Below are positions 9,695 through 16,345 of a DNA stretch of 37,454 bases, piece after piece (within the stretch, counting starts at the first letter, position 1; the number at the start of each line of letters is the position of its first letter). The notes below the pieces were generated by a model. It searched no databases, was not told the origin of the DNA, and saw only the letters and a list, made by a program, of their open reading frames with translations. Source of the DNA: a virus; the UHGV virus genome UHGV-2036287. One strand, 5' to 3'. The translations under genes were made by a program, and so were the position numbers.

Positions 9695-10588
9695 ATGAGT
9701 GGTGATGTGAGAAATTATCGTATTGAGTTTCATCAGCTATCGTTTAAGGCCACAGATCAGCTGGCAAATCTCGGAGATGCTTTTCAATCTGTAATTGATA
9801 AACAGAGCCCTTCCTCTTCAAACCATGAGGGTTTTACTAGAGAAATTTGGGGGTTGAAAAAACGCGCGGATGGTTCTTTTAGTGGAGAGTTGAGAAAATT
9901 TCGCAACTCGAACATTCCGGATAAAGGTGCACCAGGGAAACAGTCTACCCCTATTCCACTTGCCAAGGATGAAGGGATCATTGAGCGCAATTTCTTTGTA
10001 TTCTATCCTCGAATCAATGTTATAGGTTGGCACTATAATCATATGGCTTGTGGTATAAGCCGTTTTAGTGCATTTCTTTCAACTATCTTTGGTTCAAAGG
10101 TTAAGCCCGCACCTTTGCTGGAAAAAGATGCAATCGCTAGGCTTATGAGAGGAGATGTCAAAATGAAAAAAATCCAGTTGACGATTCCTCGCCCCCGTAA
10201 TCCTGAGTTTTACCCTGATACTGATTTCAGTCAAAAGACACTACAACTGCTTGGTGATGCAGGTGCCGATACAATGCAAATTGTAATGGGGATTAATACT
10301 CGCCGTGGCGATAGTGATGGTAGGCTTAAGCAGAATATAAAATTTGCTATGCAAGAGTTAGTCGAGTTTGGGGCGAAAAAGGCTGTAATTGATGTGTTCG
10401 ATGCTGATGGTGTTGTCCATCCTGTGGATTTGATTGCCGAGCGTATTTCGTCCTATCAATCGGTAGTTACTGACGCTCGTTTCCCTCCAGCCGAAACCAT
10501 GTACCGTCTAATCGATACTGCGTATGCTGAAAACCGGGAGAGTATCAATGCATATATTGGAGAAGATGAACTCGGCCCTATTGCTTAG
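9695..10588 (+). CDS. RexA-like protein (putative sensor of a Rex-type abortive-infection module)
   Basis: 297 aa soluble protein directly downstream of the repressor (lambda RexA is 279 aa); patches resembling lambda RexA from memory (FFVF...IG...FL...G, LMRG); RBS AAGGA; AT-rich relative to the backbone. Confidence 0.5.
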   Translation: MSGDVRNYRIEFHQLSFKATDQLANLGDAFQSVIDKQSPSSSNHEGFTREIWGLKKRADGSFSGELRKFRNSNIPDKGAPGKQSTPIPLAKDEGIIERNFFVFYPRINVIGWHYNHMACGISRFSAFLSTIFGSKVKPAPLLEKDAIARLMRGDVKMKKIQLTIPRPRNPEFYPDTDFSQKTLQLLGDAGADTMQIVMGINTRRGDSDGRLKQNIKFAMQELVEFGAKKAVIDVFDADGVVHPVDLIAERISSYQSVVTDARFPPAETMYRLIDTAYAENRESINAYIGEDELGPIA

Positions 10589-10985
10589 TTTATTGATTGG
10601 ATGTGGGATTGGTTTTCTCTACTGGTTCAAGTTGCCCCATATGCCAGTAGCCGCAATCCCAAACTTCATGACTACATTGTCCAGTGTCTTTGCAACGTTG
10701 TTAGGTTTTATTATTACAGCAATTGCACTACTTGCATCATTGCTTGATAAACCGTTACTTAAAAACATGCAAAAAACCGGACATTACAAGCGTCTGATGA
10801 CCGATGCATTCTACACTTGCTTAGTTTTGCTAGTGTTGGTGTTGACATGTTTGATTGGGTTGATGCTGCAAAGTAAGCATCAAGAGATTGTAGCCGCTAT
10901 CCTCATTGGGCTTGTTGTTATGTCTATGTTGTGTTTATTACAAACAGGTAGGCGATTATTCAATATAATCAAAGTGATATCATAA
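10548..10985 (+). CDS. RexB-like four-TM membrane protein (putative ion-channel effector)
   Basis: About 145 aa with four predicted TM helices (lambda RexB is 144 aa, 4 TM); TLSSVFATLLGFIITAIALLAS resembles the RexB core; start overlaps the end of the upstream gene; RBS GGGAG before ATG 10548. Confidence 0.5.
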   Translation: MHILEKMNSALLLSLLIGCGIGFLYWFKLPHMPVAAIPNFMTTLSSVFATLLGFIITAIALLASLLDKPLLKNMQKTGHYKRLMTDAFYTCLVLLVLVLTCLIGLMLQSKHQEIVAAILIGLVVMSMLCLLQTGRRLFNIIKVIS

Positions 10986-11009
10986 CAATGCACCATCAGG
11001 TGCATTGTT
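10984..11009. terminator. Hairpin between convergent genes (possible bidirectional terminator)
   Basis: AACAATGCACC-ATCA-GGTGCATTGTT, an 11-bp perfect stem with 4-nt loop between the rexB-like stop and the dam stop; no clean U-tract. Confidence 0.35.
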
Positions 11010-11037
11010 ATGCAAGACTACTTACCTCCTTCTGAGC

Positions 11038-11805
11038 CTACTCTAAATTACTTACAATAAGTTCGCGCCGTAGTGTTCCCTTTCCTGCAAGACTGTAGTT
11101 GACCTTCACACAGTGAATGTTCAGACCGTTAAAAACCTGCCGCATTTCCGGGATATCGTTGACCGATATAATCATCTTTCCTCTGATGCAACGGGCCAGC
11201 TCTGCCAACCGCGAGTAGTTCCCTTCAGGAAAATCCACACCATAGCCTTCCGTACCCAGGTACGGTGGGTCGCAGTAGAACAGCGTGTGCGGACGGTCAT
11301 AACGCTCAATGCACTGTTGCCAGTCCATGTGTTCTATCACCGTTCTGGAAAGTCGCAGGTGTGCCGCTGAGAGCTCTTCCTCAATACGCAGCAGGTTGAA
11401 GCGTGGCGGGGATGTGGTGGAGGTGCCGAAACTATGCTCTGCCACCTTGCCACCAAACGCCTGCTTCTGGAGGTAGTAGAACCGTGCCGCACGCTGGATA
11501 TCCGTCAGTGTTTCTTCCGGGGTGATCTGCAGCCATTTGTAGATCTGACGGCTGACCAGCGCCCATTTGAACTGGCGGACAAATTCTTCCAGGTGATGCT
11601 TTACCACCCGGTACAGATTCACCAGTTCACCGTTGATATCATTGATGACTTCGATCTTGCCGGGTGTCTTAAGAAAATAGAGCGCTGCTGCCCCACAAAA
11701 CGGCTCCACATAACATTCATGCGCCGGAAACAGCGGCAGAATGTGTTTTGCAAGGCGGCGTTTGCCACCAATCCACGGCACGATGGGTAATGTCTGCATT
11801 TTCAT
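11038..11805 (-). CDS. dam: DNA N6-adenine methyltransferase (Dam-like, D12 class), orphan
   Basis: PIVPWIGGKRRL and FCGAAALYF SAM-binding region and DPPY catalytic motif; no adjacent restriction enzyme; start set at MKMQ (ATG 11805). Confidence 0.8.
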   Translation of the reverse strand: MKMQTLPIVPWIGGKRRLAKHILPLFPAHECYVEPFCGAAALYFLKTPGKIEVINDINGELVNLYRVVKHHLEEFVRQFKWALVSRQIYKWLQITPEETLTDIQRAARFYYLQKQAFGGKVAEHSFGTSTTSPPRFNLLRIEEELSAAHLRLSRTVIEHMDWQQCIERYDRPHTLFYCDPPYLGTEGYGVDFPEGNYSRLAELARCIRGKMIISVNDIPEMRQVFNGLNIHCVKVNYSLAGKGTLRRELIVSNLE

Positions 11806-11909
11806 AATCTGTAAGCCTTTTACAATTATTAAAAAATATGGCAGTCTGGTCAGGTCTCGCGAGACTGACTGAACCTTGGTCGGCTCACAGCGCATTCCTG
11901 TGGGGCGAT

Positions 11910-11949
11910 GACCAGCCCGGCTTTCGGGTGCCGGGCTGGTCGTTCTTTC
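11910..11949 (+). terminator. Intrinsic-terminator-like hairpin
   Basis: GACCAGCCCGG-loop-CCGGGCTGGTC (11-bp stem) followed by GTTCTTTC on the plus strand; lies between the 71-aa ORF and dam. Confidence 0.4.
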
Positions 11950-11995
11950 ATGATGCGGCAGGGATGGCGGGATTTCTGTTAATGTGGTTTAGGGA

Positions 11996-12211
11996 TTATC
12001 CGGGGCGATTTTCTGACCTTATCCGGTCCAGGGCATAAGTAATACCTTCTGCAAAAACAGAAGTATCAAACTGCTTTTGTATTCCCTGAAAATGAAAAGC
12101 GGCACGACAGACACTCAGTTCTCCGCGGTATAACCGGATAATATCTTCCAGAACATTGTTCACTGCTTCAGCACGGCGCTGATGTTCTGTTAACGTTAAT
12201 CGGGGATTCAT
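11996..12211 (-). CDS. Hypothetical small protein (71 aa)
   Basis: Strong RBS (AAGGAG, 6-nt spacer) before the ATG; no recognisable domain. Confidence 0.45.
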   Translation of the reverse strand: MNPRLTLTEHQRRAEAVNNVLEDIIRLYRGELSVCRAAFHFQGIQKQFDTSVFAEGITYALDRIRSENRPG

Positions 12212-12614
12212 GATGCACTCCTTAAATGATGATTTTTATGTACTCACCGGCAAAATATTCTGCCGATTACTGAACACGCATCCGGCACCTCAGGTTTTGA
12301 TTTATTCTGGTTTTTTCGATATCCCGGACCAGGTTGATCACGACCAGAAAAAGTGCCGGTGTTTTATTGATACGCTGATATGGCTTCGGGATAACAGCTA
12401 TATTCGTTACTCTCAGTTGCTGGCTGTGGGAGCGGCTGATGTCGTCCTCACGGAAAAAACGCTCTGTCTGCTCAATGCCATGCCGACCTTTCTGCAGCCC
12501 CGGCCCGTACCATTTAAAGAGTCACTTCTGGATGCAGTAAAAACCGGTGAAAATGCAGTCATCGCTGAATGCGTATCCCGGATTATGCGTTACGTGTTTA
12601 ATGAACGTAAGTGA
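12210..12614 (+). CDS. Hypothetical protein (134 aa)
   Basis: Only long ORF in a 380-bp stretch with no minus-strand ORF; weak RBS, and its start codon overlaps the divergent 71-aa gene's start, so the call is tentative. Confidence 0.35.
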   Translation: MMHSLNDDFYVLTGKIFCRLLNTHPAPQVLIYSGFFDIPDQVDHDQKKCRCFIDTLIWLRDNSYIRYSQLLAVGAADVVLTEKTLCLLNAMPTFLQPRPVPFKESLLDAVKTGENAVIAECVSRIMRYVFNERK

Positions 12615-13308
12615 GGTTTATCCGCTGTCTGCATAATCCCGATAGCCAGTGCGAGGGGAAGTAATTCCGGGGAAACTCTTTCAAACAGCGATGCCCATTC
12701 TCCTCTCGCCATCACTCTGTCCAGCCCGCCCCCCAACTGCATTTCAGCAATCTTCCTGATTTCCCGGAACAACGCCGCTTTGATCTCTTCATGCTCAGCT
12801 TTATTTTCCGGTGTCAGAAGGTATTCGTCGAAGAACCGGGGAGGCTGGTTAATCGGGATGTGTTCCTGTTTGCCNNNNNNNNNNNNNNNNNNNNNNNNNN
12901 NNNNNGTTTACGTAACTCCTTCATGAGCAGCTCCTGATCGTAAACTGTCATCAGTGCCGCAATGGTGGCATGCTGTGCATCGGGCAGTATCCAGGGTTGC
13001 CGGCCCGTGGGGCATATAACATCCAGCAGCTCATTCGTCCGACAGATACGCTCCTCGCCGTATGACAACAGGCCCTGTCCCGTGTATTCCTCCAGCCTGA
13101 TCACTGTGCCACCCCGTGGCTTCTGCCAGGTCGTCAGATCTTCGCCATTCATACGGCGCTCATTCTCCACGTCAGCAGCATCGACAATGACGCTGTTTCC
13201 GAGTTCCTGTTTCACCATCTCTTCTATCCGCGCCAGTACGTAACTTTTACCGCTGCCCACAGGACCGGACACAGTGACAGTGATGACCGGATTCAGTGTG
13301 TGCGTCAT
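12590..13308 (-). CDS. P-loop NTPase (kinase-like), function unknown; interrupted by an assembly gap
   Basis: Walker A GPVGSGKS at residues 15-22; the reading frame is open on both sides of the N-run (12875-12905), so the two pieces probably form one protein of about 240 aa; exact frame across the gap is unverifiable. Confidence 0.5.
12875..12905. other. Assembly gap (31 N)
   Basis: Run of 31 N characters in the sequence. Confidence 1.
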
Positions 13309-13438
13309 ATCGTATTCTCCTCTGTGAATAATTCATCGTTTATCCTGCACATCCCGTATCCCCGGCTCTCTTAACGCGCTTTAAAATCCTTTGCGCCCTG
13401 TATTTGTGATGCTGTCTCCACCAAACGAGGAGACACAC

Positions 13439-13789
13439 ATGAAAAACCTGAAAAAATTCATTCCCCCTGTTAAAAAACCTCGCCTCAGCGGCTGGCTGCT
13501 GACCTCAGTGCTGTTGCTGGGCACCATCGCTCTGGTCTCACCACAGCAGCTGCCTGTTGTGATCTACAAGCTGGCACTCATCACGCTGGCAGCAGTGCTG
13601 GGTTACTGGCTTGACCGTTCGCTCTTCCCCAAAGCCCGTCCCGGTCAGTACCTGAAACATGACGACAGGCTGATGGCTGAAGGGCGTTTCCCGGTACAGA
13701 CCGGCCTTCACCTGGTGTTTTCTGCTGCGTTAATCCGCCGTGCACTGATTGTTGCAGCGGTCTGCCTGGCTGTTGCGATGGGGCTTTAA
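13439..13789 (+). CDS. Putative holin / small membrane protein (first gene of lysis cassette)
   Basis: 117 aa with 2-3 hydrophobic helices; RBS GAGGAG; immediately upstream of the endolysin. Confidence 0.45.
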   Translation: MKNLKKFIPPVKKPRLSGWLLTSVLLLGTIALVSPQQLPVVIYKLALITLAAVLGYWLDRSLFPKARPGQYLKHDDRLMAEGRFPVQTGLHLVFSAALIRRALIVAAVCLAVAMGL

Positions 13790-13791
13790 TC

Positions 13792-14532
13792 ATGAACTGG
13801 CCGCAGATCACCTGGATTGTATGCATGTCCCTGAAACTGGCTTTCGAAGCCTTTCGGGTCTTCATCAGAACCGAACGCCTGTCAGTCCGCGCCGGGACCT
13901 TTCTGGTTCATATGGCATGGGTATTCTTTGTCGCAATGTTGCTCTGGTGTGGCGGCTTTTTCAGCCAGGCATGCGCAGCACAACCTCCGCAGGCTGCGCT
14001 GCAGTATCGCGATGATGTGATCCGTAATGCCCGGCTTGAATGGGGACTGTCTGCGCCGGTGGCCGATTTCGCCGCGCAACTGCATCAGGAAAGCGGCTGG
14101 CGACCTGATGCGATCTCGCCGGCTGGCGCTCAGGGACTGGCGCAGTTCATGCCTGCCACTGCCGACTGGATAAGCCAGTTGATACCGATGCTGAGCAGTC
14201 GTGAGCCGTTTAATCCGGCATGGGCTATCCGGGCGCTGGTCAGCTATGACCGCTGGCTGTGGCAGCGTGTCAGCGCCGCCAGTGACTGCGAGCGTATGGC
14301 CATGACACTGTCGGGCTATAACGGTGGTCTGGGCTGGGTACAACGGGACAGGCGGCTTGCATCACAGAAAGGTCTGGACAGCACCCGCTGGTTCGGACAT
14401 GTCGCCACGGTGAATGCCGGACGCAATGCGGCCAGCTGGCGGGAGAACCGCCATTATCCGCAGCGCATCCTGCGCGAACTGGCACCGCGATATCTCACAT
14501 GGGGAGGCAGCAGTTGTGTGGCATCTGGTTAA
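13792..14532 (+). CDS. Endolysin, soluble lytic transglycosylase (SLT) domain, possibly with signal/SAR-type N-terminus
   Basis: SLT active-site region LHQESGWRPDAISPAGAQGLAQFMP; hydrophobic stretch MAWVFFVAMLLWCGGFF near the N-terminus; the true start may be the internal Met near 13912. Confidence 0.75.
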   Translation: MNWPQITWIVCMSLKLAFEAFRVFIRTERLSVRAGTFLVHMAWVFFVAMLLWCGGFFSQACAAQPPQAALQYRDDVIRNARLEWGLSAPVADFAAQLHQESGWRPDAISPAGAQGLAQFMPATADWISQLIPMLSSREPFNPAWAIRALVSYDRWLWQRVSAASDCERMAMTLSGYNGGLGWVQRDRRLASQKGLDSTRWFGHVATVNAGRNAASWRENRHYPQRILRELAPRYLTWGGSSCVASG

Positions 14533-15166
14533 AAAGCTGCCGTGGCGCGGCATTCTGCTGGCCATTCTTATCAATGCCTTTCTGGTCGGCCTGTATGCCA
14601 TGGGATACAGAAGTGGTCATGACTCTGCAAAGCGTGACGGTGATACCGCGCTCAGTCAGTTGCAGTCAGCATTTGACGCGTACAAAACGGAGCAGGCAAC
14701 GCTTGAGAATGCTGCGCTGCGGGCCTGGGCCAGACGGTATCAGGAGCAGGTGGCCGCCGGGCAGCGGGCTGAAGCCGGTTATCTTGAGCAGATTGCTCAA
14801 CTGGAGAGCCGGAATAAACAACTACAGGGGCAAATTAACGATGTCACACAGCGCTGGATTGATGAAAAAGGTAAGAGCCATCCCATTGAGTGCGTGTTTA
14901 CTCGCGGTTTCGTGCGCCAGTACAACGCCGCACTCGGATATGACAACGCATCCGTCGACACCGGTCATTCAGACTCAGTTGCCGCCGCTGGCACCCGCTC
15001 TGGCACAGCGACCGGGCAACCTGAAACCGCTGACGCCCGGTTACGCAATTCGGGTGTCTCCCAGCTTGACGTCCTTGCCAACATCATCGACAACGCAGGG
15101 CAATGTCGTCGCTGGCGAAACCAGATAAACGCGCTACTGGATGAACGGGAAGGATTACAGAAATGA
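14516..15166 (+). CDS. Putative i-spanin (Rz-like; N-terminal TM plus periplasmic coiled coil)
   Basis: GTG start after GGAGG; TM segment ILLAILINAFLVGLYAMGY followed by a Gln/Ala-rich coiled coil; follows the endolysin. Confidence 0.5.
   Translation: MWHLVKKLPWRGILLAILINAFLVGLYAMGYRSGHDSAKRDGDTALSQLQSAFDAYKTEQATLENAALRAWARRYQEQVAAGQRAEAGYLEQIAQLESRNKQLQGQINDVTQRWIDEKGKSHPIECVFTRGFVRQYNAALGYDNASVDTGHSDSVAAAGTRSGTATGQPETADARLRNSGVSQLDVLANIIDNAGQCRRWRNQINALLDEREGLQK
14862..15128 (+). CDS. Putative o-spanin (Rz1-like proline-rich lipoprotein) embedded in the +1 frame of the i-spanin gene
   Basis: MKKVRAIPLSACLLAVSC lipoprotein-type signal with candidate lipobox Cys, then a proline-rich mature region (PSTPVIQTQLPPLAPALAQRPGNLKPLTPG); lies wholly inside 14516..15166 in another frame. 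Confidence 0.45.
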   Translation: MKKVRAIPLSACLLAVSCASTTPHSDMTTHPSTPVIQTQLPPLAPALAQRPGNLKPLTPGYAIRVSPSLTSLPTSSTTQGNVVAGETR

Positions 15167-15489
15167 CACTGCAGGTTGAATTCTGGACGGTGGTGAGTTT
15201 TTTGCTCACCTTCATGGGGTTTGTGGGAGGGCTCGCCAAATGGTTGTTCAGTAAAACAGAAGAACGCCAGGCGGCACGATTCGCCTCCCTTGAGCAGGCC
15301 CTGCAACAGTCCGCCTCCAACTGGGGCGAACTGGAAAAAGAATTTATGCGATTTAAAGCGGATTTACCGCTGAATTATGTCCGTCGCGAGGATTATATCC
15401 GTGGCCAGACAGTCATCGAGGCCAAACTGGACGCGCTCTACAACAAACTGGAAGTGGTACAGCAGTACCGCAATACCGGAGGTCAATAA
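15163..15489 (+). CDS. Single-TM lysis-associated protein (DUF2730-like; possibly a Mu gp25-type releasin)
   Basis: 108 aa with N-terminal TM (FWTVVSFLLTFMGFVGGLA) then coiled coil; ATGA-coupled to the spanin gene. Confidence 0.45.
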   Translation: MTLQVEFWTVVSFLLTFMGFVGGLAKWLFSKTEERQAARFASLEQALQQSASNWGELEKEFMRFKADLPLNYVRREDYIRGQTVIEAKLDALYNKLEVVQQYRNTGGQ

Positions 15490-15800
15490 TGGTCGATATT
15501 ACCCGGGTACGCCGAGAATCCCTGCGCTGGAGTCTGCTGGTTGCCCTGAACAAGACCCGCCCTTACACCGCCAGCGAGACGCTGCTGCTGGATGTGTCCC
15601 GTGCCATCTACCCGGACACCACACCGCTGGAACTGCGCCGCGAACTGGATTATCTGGCTGACCGTAAAATGGTTGATCTGGAGAAAAAACCTTCTGGCGA
15701 CTGGTTTGCTGACCTGACCCGCCTCGGCGTAGACCTGGTGGAATACACCGTGGAATGTGGTCCGGGTATTGCCCGCCCGGAAAAGTACTGGAGTGAATAA
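15489..15800 (+). CDS. Hypothetical protein (Mu gp26 position)
   Basis: 103-aa ORF with RBS GGAGG, between lysis and terminase genes. Confidence 0.45.
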   Translation: MVDITRVRRESLRWSLLVALNKTRPYTASETLLLDVSRAIYPDTTPLELRRELDYLADRKMVDLEKKPSGDWFADLTRLGVDLVEYTVECGPGIARPEKYWSE

Positions 15801-16345
15801 TGGCCAGACGCAGCACAATAGAAAAGCTGCCGGAAGACGTGCGCCGCTGGCTTGAACGGGCGCTGACTGAATCCGGCTTCAGCGGGTATAACGAGCTGGA
15901 GTCCCTGCTGCGTGAGCGGGGGTACGTCATCAGCAAATCCGCTATCCATCGCTATGGACAGAAGATTGAGCGCCGCTATGGTGCTATCCGTGCGGCAACA
16001 GAAGCGGCCCGCATGCTGACCGAAGGCGCAGCAGACGATCAGGATGCGCGTTCGGAGGCTGTGATAGCCCTTATTCAGACCGAGCTGTTCGAGAGTATTG
16101 TCCAGTTGCAGGAGGCGGAAGAAGGCGAAGTCGATCCTAAAGAACGCGTGGCCCTGCTGTCGAAGGTGGCGAAGAATGTGGCTACGCTGTCCCGCGCGTC
16201 CGTCAACCTCAAAAAGTTCCAGTCTGAAGTACGGGCCAGAGCGCAGCAGGCAGCCAGCAACGCCGAGAAAATTGCCCGTAAGGGGGGACTGTCAAGCGAC
16301 GCAGTACAGGCGCTTCGTCGCGAGATTCTGGGGATTGCCACATGA
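15800..16345 (+). CDS. Mu gp27-like protein (DUF3486; putative terminase small subunit)
   Basis: 181 aa with N-terminal HTH-like region; ATGA-coupled to the large terminase gene. Confidence 0.55.
   Translation: MARRSTIEKLPEDVRRWLERALTESGFSGYNELESLLRERGYVISKSAIHRYGQKIERRYGAIRAATEAARMLTEGAADDQDARSEAVIALIQTELFESIVQLQEAEEGEVDPKERVALLSKVAKNVATLSRASVNLKKFQSEVRARAQQAASNAEKIARKGGLSSDAVQALRREILGIAT

Noticed and set aside
11838-12038. 66-aa plus-strand ORF
   Set aside because: Contains the terminator-like hairpin at 11910-11949, has no RBS and overlaps the start of the better-supported minus-strand 71-aa gene.
14414-14515. ATG start at 14414 for the spanin gene
   Set aside because: It would overlap the endolysin by about 120 bp; the in-frame GTG at 14516 is preceded by GGAGG and begins right at the TM segment.
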